From NCBI GenBank assembly GCA_010909165.1, contig MU008168.1:310001-374000 (forward strand): DNA of 64,000 bases, read 5' to 3'. Positions 26,301-40,800 of this stretch are shown piece by piece. Under the pieces are notes generated by a model. The model saw nothing but the letters and a program-made list of their open reading frames with translations, was not told where the DNA came from and made no database searches. The position numbers were made by a program, and so were the translations under genes. How positions within the stretch are numbered: position 1 is the stretch's first letter; each line of letters starts with the position of its first letter. Source of the stretch: Anthoceros angustus (Eukaryota > Plantae > Anthocerotophyta).

Positions 26301-29300
26301 ATACCATACCCAAGGCTTGGCCTCTGTAGTTGTGTATTTTCGTTCGCGTGGGTGAGCCGCCGTAGTATACGGATAATCCTTCGCCGTCCTTCCGCTCAAG
26401 ACTACTCCGATAGCAAAGCGGACACTCTACACATGAAATTTCTGCTCGATCCGGTCCTCTTAGAACCGTGCGCTTACCAAGGTGTTCAGAAATCCGAAGG
26501 CCTCCTCTCGCCTCGTGACTGTCCAAACCTCCTCCTTCCGCAGAGTTCGCGCCCTCTTCGCAAAGTCCTTAATAAACCGCGGTAGTATCCCACCATTCCT
26601 GTGAAACCTCTCGGCTCCTTTAGGTTCGTCGGTGGAGGCGGATGACCGGACCTTGTCCCGTCCACCTCGATTCCCCGCCCGACACCCGATGTCCCAAGAT
26701 TCCCTCCGTCATTCCAAAGTAGCATTTCTCGTAGCTTGGGGTTGATCGGTGGGCTCCTCGGTTGTACTTTTCTGCGGCAACCAATGTCTCATCCAGGAGC
26801 GCATCTTCACGATCTCTCAACACCGCCTGTTTTCAATCGTGATGAAATGCATTTTGGTCTTGCCTCCCTTGTCTTGTTTCCACTTGACGTGAACTCCTGC
26901 AACAATATCCACCTTGCTATCCGTCCGGACGGTCCGTCTTATTCACCGGATGCTTGAGCAAAGTGGTCTACATAGAACACAAACTCCTTTGGGTAGTAGG
27001 TAGTGTCGAATTTCTTGGCATATACCATACCCGGTGCTTGGCGCTCTGTAGTTGTGTATTTTCGTTCAGCGTGGGTGGTATCGTCCGGTAGTATACGGGA
27101 TAATCCCTTATCGTCGCCGGCTCGGCACTACTCCGATAGCAAAGCGGACACGTCTACATACACATGAAATTTCTGCTCGATCCGGTCCTCTTAGAACCGT
27201 GCGCTTACCAAGGTGTTACGTAAATCCGAAGGCCTCCTCTCGCTCCACCGGTCCAAACCTCCTCCTTCATGATGGTTACATCAACTTAGCGCCCTCTTCG
27301 CAAAGTCCTTAATAAACCGGTAGTATCCCACCATTCGAAACCTCTCGGCTCCTTTAGGTTCGTCGGTGGAGGCGGATGACCGGACCTTGTCTGGTCCACC
27401 TCGATTCAGCCGACACGATGTCGACAAGATTCCCTCCGTCATTCCAAAGTAGCATTTCTCGTAGCTTGGGGTTGATCGGTGGGCTCCTCGGTTGTACTTT
27501 TCTGCGGCAACCAATGTCTCATCCAGGAGCGCATCTTCACGATCTCTCAACACCGCCTGTTTTCAATCGTGATGAAATGCATTTTGGTCTTGCCTCCCTT
27601 GTCTTGTTTCCACTTGACGTGAACTCCTGCAACAATATCCACCTTGCTATCCGTCCGGACGGTCCGTCTTATTCACCGGATGCTTGAGCAAAGTGGTCTA
27701 CATAGAACACAAACTCCTTTGGGTAGTAGGTGTGAATTTCTTGGCATATACCATACCCGGTGCTTGGCGCTCTGTAGTTGTGTATTTTCGTTCAGCGTGG
27801 GTGGTATCGTCCGGTAGTATACGGGATAATCCCTTATCGTCGCCGGCTCGGCACTACTCCGATAGCAAAGCGGACACGTCTACATACACATGAAATTTCT
27901 GCTCGATCCGGTCCTCTTAGAACCGTGCGCTTACCAAGGTGTTACGTAAATCCGAAGGCCTCCTCTCGCTCACGTGACCGGTCCAAACCTCCTCCTTCAT
28001 GATGGTTACATCAACTTAGCGCCCTCTTAAAGTCCTTAATAAACCGGTAGTATCCCACCATTCCGAAACCTCTCGGCTCCTTTAGGTTCGTCGGTGGAGG
28101 CGGATGACCGGACCTTGTCTGGTCCACCTCGATTCCCGACACGATGTCGACAAGATTCCCTCCGTCATTCCAAAGTAGCATTTCTCGGGTGTAGGCTCAA
28201 TTGAGTCTCCGGCGCTCAAGCACCTTCTTAGATGCCCAAGGTGTTTGTCCTCCCCATGCACACAAAATCATCCGGGAATATCTCCATGAAGTCCCTCGAA
28301 GTCACGGAAGGCGTTGGTCACCATACGCATGAGCGACCACAGGCTCGGTCATCCCAAAGGCACTTCTCTTGTAGGCAAGCGTACCCCACTCCGTAGTGAA
28401 GGTCGTCTTGTCTTGTCGGTCAAACTCCCTTAGGTGCAATTGGTTGTATCCGGAGTAGCCATCCGGAAGGAGTAAGTAGTCCGTCCACCACCTTGTCCAA
28501 AATGTCGTCTGAATGGCATCGAAGTGGTCCTTCTCGTTCGGCGTTGAGCTTCCTCAATCTTGGCATGCAATTTGTCTGGTGTTTCTTGGGAACCACCACA
28601 ATCGGCGCGACCCACTCGGCTGTGATGGGGAAAATGATGTCTGCCTCCGGTACTTATCAAGGACCTCCTTCACCTTGATCGAATACTTGGGGTTGAGCTT
28701 GTATTGTCGGATTCGGTGGCACGCTCACGGCTTCAAATCGATCTTATGCTCTCCCCACTTCTTCGGAATGCCCTTCATGTCCGTGACCTTGAAGGCGAAC
28801 ACCTCGCAAAACTCCCCCAGCAGCTGCTTTAGTCCTTCCTTCAGGTCCGGAGGCATGCCTTTCTTAAACTTCAGGAATTTGCCTGGCCGGACCTCCACTT
28901 CTTCCACGTCGTCCGGGTTCACCGTCTCCCGTTCCGTGCTGCCTCGCTGCGTCCAAACCCCTCGTCCTCCTCTCGGGGATCGTCCTCTCGCATCCCCCAT
29001 TCTCTGAAGAGCTCGTCGGAGGTGAATCGTGTTACTCCTTCGATGTCCGCTTTTCCTTGGTCCGACTCTTGTTGTCTCCCTTGTCTTTGGTCCGACCTCC
29101 TCTTCACTTCCTTCCTCCGGCCCGTTGTGGCGTTTACTCGAAAACAATCAACCACTTCCGCCAAAGGCATCCGCGGTAGTCCATCTCCTCCTCGGACCGG
29201 CGGATCTTGGCGAAAGTCGCCTCCTCGGAACTATCTTGTTCGTCGCCTGGAGTCCTCCACGAGGTATACCCCAGTGCTCACGGTTTCCCACAATAGGTGT

Positions 29301-31790
29301 CCTTGCTCCGGTGATAGCAACCCTCCCTTCGCACCTTAGGGTCCCACCACCGGCTTGAAGTGAATCTCCTTCCTTCCAAAGTGTAGCTTGCAGGCCAACC
29401 CCATGGCCGCCCAGCAACACCTCATACCCTAATGGTCCGGCGGTTTGATCACAACAAAATCCGGTTTGTAGGGTGCGCGGCTATGGTGGCCAAGACTCGG
29501 TTAACTCCCGCGGATCTCTTCTTGACATATACGCCATTCTCGAGTCTTCGTTGAGGTTGAAGGATGTGAAGCCCAATTTTCGTGCGTGGCTTGATGAGGT
29601 TGACTCGGACCCGTGTCCAGCGGTACATCCTTGATGATACATCCAATCTCCACTTGTACCTGGCACAGGTCGTATGGGACACCACCCTCACTTCCTGTGC
29701 CCTTCACGGCTTTGGTGCTCGCGAGGTGGGTTTCCCTAACGGCCAGCGGACCTCTTGTATTATTTGGGTTATCCCTCGGTGTCGAAAGGACACAAGGTCT
29801 GCGATTCATCATCGGTCGCCACATTAAAGGCGAGGCTTCTACCCCAATCGAGGATCCTGCTGCGTCCTCATCCTCTCCCGGTCACTTGTTACGGTATTCT
29901 CCGGATGCTTGCGCATTTCCTCCTGCAACATCTCGGTCACCTCCGGACTCGTCCGTGGAAGCTAACGTCGCCGTCGCGGGAGGCACCGTTCCTTCTCCAC
30001 ATCTGCGGAGAACTTCCTTGGGTAATCCCTCCGTGTGCCGTCCAGCCCTCCTTCGGTCGGATCCTCTGGTATTTCCGTTTGATTGCCTTCCTCGGCGTCG
30101 TGGCTTCCTCGATCTTGTTCTTCTTCAATGGCGCCTTTCTCGTCGCTCCTTCCCCTTCCTGATAGACACCTCAAGATTTCCACGCCCGACTCCTTCCTTT
30201 CGACACCACCGTACCTTCTTGTTCTTTTCCATCTCGCGTACCTCTGGGAATCTCTTCCCTCCATGCCAGGCATCTTGACTTGCCGTGCAGTGCAGTCTTA
30301 GGAGGTGGCGTTGGTGGTCGGGGTTCTCCGCTTGGTGTGGCATATCGTACCGTCCTTGTCGGGGTTGGGACATAGCGTCTTGCCATATGCGGCCTTGCGA
30401 TCGCCACCACGCTCGAAGTCCCCATTACCACCTCGTTGGAGTGCGGACACGCGTTGGAGTAATGGCGATTCCCAGTTCCAGACCACGGCCGTCGGAGGAT
30501 ACGAAGGGGCTCCCATGCGGTCTTTGCATCGGTGGGGCTCGTTGTATTGACGGACCTCCGGTTGGCGGATACATGGTTTTGGGATATCGCGGCCCGGAGG
30601 GCTTCACATGCACGATAGGCCTCTTCCCATTGCTCCTCGGCCTCCTCCTCGTATTCGTAGTCCACTTGATGCACCGGCCTTGAGGCGGTTGGACTTCGAA
30701 TGGCGTGTTCTTGGCACACGGCACACGATGCGTTCGCACCGTAGTCGGTGTTTTCCGCGCTCGGTCCTTAACTGGTTTATCGCGGTCCTCTACTCTCTTT
30801 ATCACTTTTCCGGTCCTCCCGCGGACAGCTACCTCCTTTGAGGGAGTCGGGTCCGGAGCTTCTCGGACGGTCTGGTGTCACCACCTCCTTCTTACCACTT
30901 CTTTTAGCGGGGCTTTCTTGCTCTTCTTCTTGCGGGGATACTCTTCCTCGCTAGAGACCTCCGTCTCTTCTTGGACGGCTCCTCCTCCTCAGAAGACACC
31001 TCCGATTGGTCTTCCTCCTCCTCGAAGACTCTTCCTCCTCAGTCGAACCCGTTTCTTCTTCTTCTTCTTGCCTCCTTGGCGGTTCTTTATCCTCGATGTA
31101 GCGATTCCTCGTAGTTTTGCTCGACCGCCTTGCCACGTCCTTCTCGGCGGCGGGGCGTGCACATGGGTTTGGCTAGACCGCCGCGAACCACCGCTTGCAT
31201 CGTGGTATGGGTTGGATGCCGATCCTCGGGGCATAGAACCGCTCGATGTCTGAGCCCGGCTTCTCCTTCTTCCTCGCTTGATTTTCCAACTTTGATAATA
31301 CATACCCCTCACGGTCGATCCTCGAAACCGTTCTAAGAAGGCATTTTCAAAGCTTCAAGCAGGCGGGTGGGGCATTCTCCGGTGGTCGGTACTTTCTCCG
31401 ATACCATTGAGCGGTTCCTCGGAGAACCCCTTGGAAAAGCTGGATGAGGCTGCGTCGACTCCCTCTCCGTTGAAGTTGGCTTTGGACATGAAGTCCTCCA
31501 CAAAGGTCTCGCATCCGCTCCTTCTTCCCTCCGAATATGGAGTCGCTTGTTTGGTCGAGGTAGGGGCCATGGCTGCGCCATCGATGGGTTAGGCGTGGGT
31601 GTCCTACCTTCTTCCGTTGGCGTCCTTGTACCCGTACTCGTCTTGGTCCGACAATTCGACCACGTTCTCCTCCTCGATCGGCGGTGCTCTCGTTGGGTTT
31701 GGCGTCTCTCTCTCCCCGGCTCGGAGAGGCAGGAGTGACCACGTCCGATCCTCTGACGGTTCACTCTTGACCGTCGCTCGACCGCCACGC
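23357..31790 (-). pseudogene. gag-pol (gag, protease, RT, RNase H, integrase), frameshifted, with RNase H/INT segments repeated; 5' boundary approximate
   Basis: Protease (DVPLDTG, ~29610), RT (EHKIDLKP, GYSGYNQ, FTTEWG, FPDDF, 28200-28800), RH (YTTTEA, FVFYVDH), INT (GGHY, GYWWPTMY, CDACQR, PFEKWGIDFVGPI, SDRGTHF, GDLALLYDSR). Confidence 0.9.
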
Positions 31791-31842
31791 ATTCACTTAC
31801 CTTCTCTTCCTAAGGGCGCACTGCGGCACCAGACCGATTTCA

Positions 31843-31857
31843 TTCCCGGCAGCGCCA
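31843..31857 (-). other. Primer-binding site (tRNA-Asp type); second copy at 33179-33194
   Basis: Minus-strand TGGCGCTGCCGGGAA and TGGCGCCGTTGGGGAA lie 3 nt after the LTR CA. Their consensus matches TGGCGCCGTTGCCGGGGA. Confidence 0.75.
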
Positions 31858-31860
31858 AAA

Positions 31861-34800
31861 TGTGGCGACTTTTCTTGATGGCCGGGCGCGCACAATCCGT
31901 GTCGTTGTAGGAAGAAGTCCGTTCCCAAGGGAATGATAGGCCCGTTTACGCGTTTGGTGATTCTTACCGTCCTTAGCGCTCGTTCGGCCTCAACACACAC
32001 ACACTCTCCTTCTCTGGCGTTCACCGTCTGGGTGGTGGCCAAGCGTTTGAGACCCGTTCGCGTCCGTATCGTTCACATACATCCTCACGCATCATCCTTT
32101 CCTCTCTCTCACGCTACACTCTTGATCTTAGAAAAGGCCGGGTTCTATCGGACCTCCTCGTCGTTCCGGCCTCTCCGTCCGGGCTCTACACGCCCTCCGG
32201 AGTTCCTCCGGCTCACGTTCGGTCGGACTTGGTCCGGACCTCGGGTCCGGACGAGCACGGTCACCTCACCCTTCCCGCACACACCACAGCGTTAAGTCCG
32301 TCACGGGACCTTGATCAATCTCCCGGGCCGTGCACCTTTCGGTGACTCGGGACTCACGTTAGCAAGAAGACTCACAAAGGTGCAAGAGCGGCATCAACAC
32401 CAAGAAAGATGCTTTACTAGGCGGCCTCGGCCCTCTTATCTGCGCCCAAGGCGTCTTTATTACACCCCTATTACGGTGATAGCTCGGTATACCCTAATCG
32501 GCCGCCTACCATCCTATTTCCCCCTATCTCCCGCCTTGTGGGAAGGTCACAGGCCGCCTCGGAATGGGTGGTCAATCCCGTCAGGTTGTGGTGCACCCAA
32601 TCGGATGATCCGTGAGGCGGGCCCTCTCTCCCGGAATCACAGTCGGGTTGGGCTCTGGCGGCGGTCGACAACCGCGTTACCACGGCGTCATCCTCCCCAG
32701 CCTCCACAGGTCCTTGGCCGGTGGGGCCACCCATTCTCCTGGTCGGTACTTTCTCCGATACCATTGAGCGGTCCTCGGAGAACCCCTTGGAAAAGCTGAG
32801 TCCCCCCTCCGTTGAAGTTGGCTTTGGACATGAAGTCCTCCACAAAGGTCTCGCATCCGCTCCTTCTTCCCTCCGAATATGGAGTACGCTTGTTTGGTCG
32901 AGGTAGGGGCCATGGCCGCCATCGTGGGTTAGGCGTCTGTCCTACCTTCTTCCGTTGGCGTCCCTTGTACCCGTACTCGTCTTGGTCCGACACCGACCAC
33001 GTTCCTCCTCCGATCGACGGTGCTCTCGTTGGGTTTGACGTCTCTCTCCCCGGCTCGGAGAACGCGAGGTGACCACGTCCGATCCTCCCGACGGTTCACT
33101 CTTGACCGCCGCTCGACCGCCACGCATTCACTTACCTTCTCTTCCTAAGGACGCACTTTGCACCACGCATCGATTTCATTCCCCAACGGCGCCAAAATGT
33201 GGCGGACTTTCGATGGCCACCGCACAATCCGTGTCGTTGTAGGAAGAAGTCCGTTCCCAAGGGAATGATAGGCTGCCACGCGTTGTGATTCTACCGCCCT
33301 TAGCGCCTGCTCACCTCAACACACACATACTCCTAACTACTCACAACGTTCACCGTGACAGCCGGTATGGCCAAACGCTTAACCCGTTCAGATCGCTCAC
33401 ATCCCTCACGATCCGCCTTTCCTCTCTCTCCTCTCACGCTACACTCTTGATCTTAGAAAAGAGTTACGCCGGACCTCCTCCTCCCGCTGGGGCCTCTCCG
33501 TCCGGCTCTACACGCCCTCCGGAGTTCCTCCGGCTCACGTTCGGTCGGACTTGGTCGGACTTGGTCCGGACGAGCACGGTCACCTCACCCTTCCCCACAC
33601 CACAACGCTAAGTCACGGGACCTTGATCAATCTCCCGAGTTCCTCCTCCGCCGCTCGGTGACTCAGACTCACGTTAGCAAGAAGACTCACAAAGGTCGCA
33701 AGAACGCGCATCAACACCAAGAGAAAGATGCTTTACTAGAGGCCCTCTTATATCGCGCCCAAGGTGGCGTCTTTATTACACCCCTATTACGGTGATAGCC
33801 ACTCGGTATACCCTAATCGGCCGCCTACCATCCTATTTCCCCTATCTCCTTCGCCGGTGGAAGGTCCTGGCCCCGCCTCGGAATGGGTGGTCCAATCCCC
33901 GTCACAGGCGCACCCAATCGGATGATCCGTGAGGGCCCCTCCTCTCCCGGAATCGCCGTTGCTACCGGTCGACAACCGCGCCACGACGTCATCCTCCCCG
34001 CCCCTCCTCGGGTCCTTCACGGTGGGGCCACTATCGCTCCCCTAGCGTAAGTCGAAGGGGCTCCTCCTTCTTGCCGCATCCGGTCCTCGAGGTCTGTCTC
34101 GACTCACGAACTTGAGTCCGGACTTATTCAGTCCGGACTTGGTCCGACCTTGTCTCAGGGTCCGGACCTCGGTCGGACGCGGCTCGGACTTGGTCCGGAC
34201 TTATTAGGGTCCGGACTTGAGGTCCGGACTTATTCTGGGTCGGACTTGGTCGGACTTATTGAGTCCGGACTTGTCCGGCCTCCTCGGGTCCGGACCTCGG
34301 GGTCGGACTTATTCTGGTCGGACTTGGTCGGACTTGAGTCCGGACTTGTCGGACTTATTCAGTCCGGACTTGTCGGCCTCCCTCGGGTCCGGACAAAGTC
34401 CGGACTCACGCCCACCGGGTTTCCTCCCTCACGGGACTCCTCCGTGGCTCTCCTCAAGTCCTCCAGCTGTTCCCGATCGCCCGGTGACTCCTTCGTTGGC
34501 CCCTCCTTCCATGGTGAGGTGCGGGGTGCTTACCTCGATCGCATCCGCGCTCCTCGTCCTCCCTGGCCTCCACAGGTCCTTGGCCGGTGGGGCCACCGGC
34601 TATCTGCTCCCCTAAGCGTAAGTCGAAGGGGCTCCTCCTTCTTGCCCGATCCGGTCCTCGAGGTCTGTCTCGACTCACGAACTTGAGTCCGGCTTATTCT
34701 GGTCCGGACTTGGTCCGACCTTGTCTGGGGTCGGACCTCGGTCGGACTTATTCTGGGGTCCGGACTTGGTCCGGACTTATTCTGAGTCCGGACTTGGTCC

Positions 34801-37800
34801 GGACTTATTCGGTCGGACTTGGTCGGCCTCCCTCTGGTCCGGACAAAGTCCGGACTCACCGGGTTTCCTCCCTCACGGGACTCCTCGTGGCTCTCCCTCG
34901 AAGTCCTTCTGTTCCCGATCGCCCGGTGACTCGCCGTTGGCCCCTCCTTCCATGGTGAGGTGCGGGGTGCTTACCTCGATCGCATCCGCGCTCCTCGTCG
35001 TTCCGCGGGCCTCTCGTCCTCTACCGCCTCCGGAGTTCCTCCGGCTCACGTTCAGTCCCGTTCGGTCGGACGCGGCTCGGGCGAGCAAATCACGATCACC
35101 CTTCCTGCACACACACACACAGCGTTAAGTCCGTCACGGGACCTTGATCAATCTCCCGGGTCGTGCACCTTTCGGTGACTCGGGACTCACGTTAGCAAGA
35201 AGACTCACAAAGGTGCAGCGGCATCAACACCAAGAAAGATGCTTTACTAGGCTCGGCCCTCTTATCTGCGCCCAAGGCGTCTTTATTACACCCCTATTAC
35301 GGTGATAGCCGGCTCGGTATACCTAATCGGCCTACCATCCTATCCCCCTATCTCCTTCCATTGTGGTGGGAAGGTCACAGGCCGCCTCGGAATGGGTGGT
35401 CAATCCCGTCAGGTTGTGGTGCGCAATCGGATGATCCGTGAGGCGGGGCCCCTCCTCTCCGGAATCACAGCCGGGTTGGGCTGGCGGCGGTCGACAGCCG
35501 CCGTTACCACGGCGTCATCCTCCCTGGCCTCCACAGGTCCTTGGCCGGTGGGGCCACCGGCTATCTGCTCCCCTAAGCGTAAGTCGAAGGGGCTCCTCCT
35601 TCTTGCCCGATCCGGTCCTCGAGGTCTGTCTCGACTCACGAACTTGAGTCCGGCTTATTCTGGTCCGGACTTGGTCCGGCCTTGTCTGGGGTCGGACCTC
35701 GGTCGGACTTATTCTGGGGTCCGGACTTGGTCCGGACTTATTCTGAGTCCGGACTTGGTCCGGACTTATTCGGTCGGACTTGGTCGGCCTCCCTCTGGTC
35801 CGGACAAAGTCCGGACTCACCGGGTTTCCTCCCTCACGGGACTCCTCGTGGCTCTCCCTCGAAGTCCTTCTGTTCCCGATCGTGACTCGCCGTTGGCCCC
35901 TCCTTCCATGGTGAGGTGCGGGGTGCTTACCTCGATCGCATCCGCTCCCTCGTTCTGCTCCTCCGCTCCTCTCCGCTCCGTCATCTCAAGCAGGCCACTA
36001 GGGTCCTGTCTTTGTCCCGTGGCCTTCATCTCCTTGAGCCTTCCGGTCCGTCCGTTTGCGTGACGTCGAGGCTTCTCGCCGAGGCTCGGTGTGGTAATAG
36101 GCAAAGTCAGATCGACTTGTTGAATTGCCTCTTCCACGTGTGCGGGCACCGATACTCCCTCCGCCATAAGTGTTAGGTGGGCGTCTTGCCGGCTTGTTGG
36201 GCCACCTCTCCTGCCCGGTTGTGGTGGGCAGGGTATCGCGAGGCTACAAGGCGCCTCGGTCACCTCCTGCATGCCTGTTGCTCCACACTCCGGCTCTCGT
36301 TTCCTCTCCATTGCCACTTACCGCCATAGCGCGGCGTTCCCTTCCGCCTTTCTCGGTGGACCGGCGGCTTCTTTTACCTTCCGGTGCTCGCGCTCCTCCG
36401 TTCATTACGGCCTTTAGCTCATGACTCCCTCTCCAGTGGTCGATACCTCCGTCCAGGCTCGGACTTCCTCCGGCTCATACATGGCACAGCAGCGTCCAAC
36501 TCCTTGGATAGTCGCCGATTTTCCTCCGTCTTGAAGGGGCTCTATTTCGTGCTCGAGTCGTGGATTCTCTCGTTGAGAATCACTGCTTTGCTCAAGCGCA
36601 TCTTGGGTTGTAGCTCCAGTGTCCTTCTGTCCTCCATCTGCCGCCTCTCCTCTACTTCCTGCGGTGTGCTGATCCTCCTATCTCCCGAGGCCGGCCTCCA
36701 TCTCCTCCTTGGCCCTTGCACTCCATAGCCTGTGCGGCCGGCCACCTCGTGACTCTCTCCACGGTTCGATCACGTCATGGTGATCCGGTCGCTCTTCTTG
36801 ACTTCCGACTCCTTCGCCGCCTTTACAGGCCGCCCACTTGGCCCTGCTGGCCGGGCCGCCTCCGGTCCGAGCTCTCTGCTTGTGCCGGGCCTCTTCCGCC
36901 TCTGCTGCGCTTCCCCCGCTGCAAGGTCCTCCGCCCGCGCTTGGGCCTCCCAGGCTTGCTTTGCGTGAAGAACCTTGGTCTGCTGAACCCGCCTCGGAAT
37001 GGGTGGTCAATCCCCGTCGGCGGTTGTGGTCGGATGATCCGGCGGGGCCCCTCCTCTCTCCGGAATCACAGCCGGGTTGGGCGGCGGTGATCGACAGCCG
37101 TTACCACGGCGTCATCCTCCCCGGCCTCCACAGGTCCCGCGGTGGGGCCACCACTATCTGCTCCCCTAAGCGTAAGTCGAAGGGGCTCCTCCCCTTCTTG
37201 CCGGTCCTCGAGGTCTGTCTCGACTCACGAACTTGAGTCGGACTTGAGTCCGGCCCGGCTAGGTCCGACCTTGTCTGGGTCCGGACCTCGGTCGGACTTA
37301 TTGAGTCCGGACTTGAGTCGGACTTATTGTCGGACTTGAGTCGGACTTATTCTGAGTCGGACTTGATCCGGCCTCCCCTAGGTCCGGACAAAGTCCGGAC
37401 TCACGCCCAGGTTTCCTCCCTCACGGGACTCCTCAGTGGCTCTCCCTCGAAGTCCTCCAGCTGTTCCCGATCGGTGACTCCGTTGGCCCCTCCTTCCATG
37501 GTGAGGTGCGGGGTGCTTACCTCGATCGCATCCGCTCCCTCGTTACGCTCGGTTGCTCCTCTCCGCGCTCCGTCATCTCAAGCAGGGCCACTAGGGTCCT
37601 GTCTTTGTCCGTGGCCTTCATCTCCTTGAGCCTTCCGGTCCGTCCGTTTGCGCGGCGTCGAGGCTTCTCGCCCGGGCTCGGCGTGGTAATAGGCAAAGTC
37701 AGATCGACTTGAATTGCCTCTTCCACGTGTGCGGGCACCGATACTCCCTCGCCATAAGTGTTAGGCGTCTTTGCCGGCTTGTTGGGCCACCTCTCGGTTG

Positions 37801-40800
37801 TGGTGGGGCCGTATCACGCGAGGCTACAAGGCGGCCTCGGTCACCTCCTGCATTGCATGTTGCTCCACTGCTCCGGCTCTCGTTTCCTCTCCATTGCCCG
37901 ACTTACCGCCATAGCGCGGCGTTCCCTTCCGCCTTTCTCGGTGGACCGGCGGCTTCTTTTACCTTCCGTGCTCGCTCCTCCGTTCATTACGGCCTTTAGC
38001 TCATGACTCCCTCTCCAGTGATCGGTACCTCCGTCCAGGCTCGGACTTCCTCCGGCTCATACATGGCACAGCGTCCAACTCCTTGGATAGTCGCCGATTT
38101 TCCTCCGTCTTGAGACAGAGGCACTATTTCGTGCTCGAGTCGTGGATTCTCGTTGAGAATCACTGCTGCTCAAGCGCATCTTGGGTTGTAGCTCCAGCGT
38201 GTCCTTCTGTCCTCCATCTGCTGCCGCCTCTACTGCTGTACTCGGAGATCTCTATCTCCCGTCTTGGCCTCCATCTCCTCTCTCCGGCACTGCTCCATAG
38301 CCTTTGTGCGGCCTTGAGCCTCGGTCACTGTGACTCTCTCCACGGTTCCGATCACGTCATGGTGATCCGGTCGCTCTTTTGCCGACTTGCTCGCCGCCTT
38401 TACAGGCCGCCCACTTGGCCTCCATCTGCCGCCGCCTCCGCCAGTCGAGCTCTCTGCTTGTGCCGGGCCTCTTCCGCCTCTGCGCTTCCCCTCTTCGCTG
38501 CAAGGTCCTCCGCGCTTGGGCCTCCCAGCTTGCTTGTGCCTGGTGAAGAACCTTAAGTCTGCTGAACCGCCGGGCCTCGCGCTCCGCCACCGGCGTTTCC
38601 CTTCCTCGATCCGGCGAGGGACTCCGCCTTTCCTTTGCCCCGGCCGCCTTCACTTGCTCTTGGGTTCCACCATCCTCCTCGGGTGGCCTCCACTTCCACA
38701 GGTCCCGCGGTGGGGCCACCACTATCTGCTCCCCTAAGCGTAAGTCGAAGGGGCTCCTCCCCTTCTTGCCGGTCCTCGAGGTCTGTCTCGACTCACGAAC
38801 TTGAGTCGGACTTGAGTCCGGCCCGGCTAGGTCCGACCTTGTCTGGGTCCGGACCTCGGTCGGACTTATTGAGTCCGGACTTGAGTCGGACTTATTGTCG
38901 GACTTGAGTCGGACTTATTCTGAGTCGGACTTGATCCGGCCTCCCCTAGGTCCGGACAAAGTCCGGACTCACGCCCAGGTTTCCTCCCTCACGGGACTCC
39001 TCAGTGGCTCTCCCTCGAAGTCCTCCAGCTGTTCCCGATCGGTGACTCCGTTGGCCCCTCCTTCCATGGTGAGGTGCGGGGTGCTTACCTCGATCGCATC
39101 CGCTCCCTCGTTACGCTCGGTTGCTCCTCTCCGCGCTCCGTCATCTCAAGCAGGGCCACTAGGGTCCTGTCTTTGTCCGTGGCCTTCATCTCCTTGAGCC
39201 TTCCGGTCCGTCCGTTTGCGCGGCGTCGAGGCTTCTCGCCCGGGCTCGGCGTGGTAATAGGCAAAGTCAGATCGACTTGAATTGCCTCTTCCACGTGTGC
39301 GGGCACCGATACTCCCTCGCCATAAGTGTTAGGCGTCTTTGCCGGCTTGTTGGGCCACCTCTCGGTTGTGGTGGGGCCGTATCACGCGAGGCTACAAGGC
39401 GGCCTCGGTCACCTCCTGCATTGCATGTTGCTCCACTGCTCCGGCTCTCGTTTCCTCTCCATTGCCCGACTTACCGCCATAGCGCGGCGTTCCCTTCCGC
39501 CTTTCTCGGTGGACCGGCGGCTTCTTTTACCTTCCGTGCTCGCTCCTCCGTTCATTACGGCCTTTAGCTCATGACTCCCTCTCCAGTGATCGGTACCTCC
39601 GTCCAGGCTCGGACTTCCTCCGGCTCATACATGGCACAGCGTCCAACTCCTTGGATAGTCGCCGATTTTCCTCCGTCTTGAGACAGAGGCACTATTTCGT
39701 GCTCGAGTCGTGGATTCTCGTTGAGAATCACTGCTGCTCAAGCGCATCTTGGGTTGTAGCTCCAGCGTGTCCTTCTGTCCTCCATCTGCTGCCGCCTCTA
39801 CTGCTGTACTCGGAGATCTCTATCTCCCGTCTTGGCCTCCATCTCCTCTCTCCGGCACTGCTCCATAGCCTTTGTGCGGCCTTGAGCCTCGGTCACTGTG
39901 ACTCTCTCCACGGTTCCGATCACGTCATGGTGATCCGGTCGCTCTTTTGCCGACTTGCTCGCCGCCTTTACAGGCCGCCCACTTGGCCCTCTGGCGGGGC
40001 CGCCTCCGCCAGTCGAGCTCTCTGCTTGTGCCGGGCCTCTTCCGCCTCTGCGCTTCCCCTCTTCGCTGCAAGGTCCTCCGCGCTTGGGCCTCCCAGCTTG
40101 CTTGTGCCTGGTGAAGAACCTTAAGTCTGCTGAACCGCCGGGCCTCGCGCTCCGCCACCGGCGTTTCCCTTCCTCGATCCGGCGAGGGACTCCGCCTTTC
40201 CTTTGCCGGCCGCCTTCACTTGCTCTTGGGTTCCACCATCCTCCTCGGGTGGCCTCCACTTCACAGGTCTTCTCCATTTGTACCACGAGACCCCAAAGCA
40301 TTCCGTCCAGTAGCAGGACTTCGCCGTGTTTCTTCCACGGCCGTAGTGAGGCCCCACAAAGTCCGTAGTGGGGCCGGCATTTCTCGATCCGCCAGGACCT
40401 CCATACCGATCCGGAGTAAGTCGGTGGGTTCTCGGACCTAATCGGGACCCTCGGTCACGAGTGGTGAGGTCCGAGTCTCACCCTCTTGGCCCTCTTGGCC
40501 TCTAACTCCTTTGTGCCCTCTTTCTCACAGGGCTCGGAGGAGGTGAGGGGTCAGGAGCAAGCTCTTTTGCCCCTTCACATCGGGGCAGGGGCCGGCTCGA
40601 GGTGGGGCTGCTGCGTGACCTCCGCCTCCTTGGGCCACGTCCCTTTACGCCCTCCTTCGCCTCTTGACCTCTTGCCACTCCGTGGGCGGGGTAAGTGCGG
40701 CACCTTGAGGTCTTTGCGTTGGTAAGCGGCACCGTCTTCCGCCTCTTGGCTCCCGTTGAGTTCGTCGGGGCTCGGCGGCCGTCGTGGTTGTTGGCTGGCA

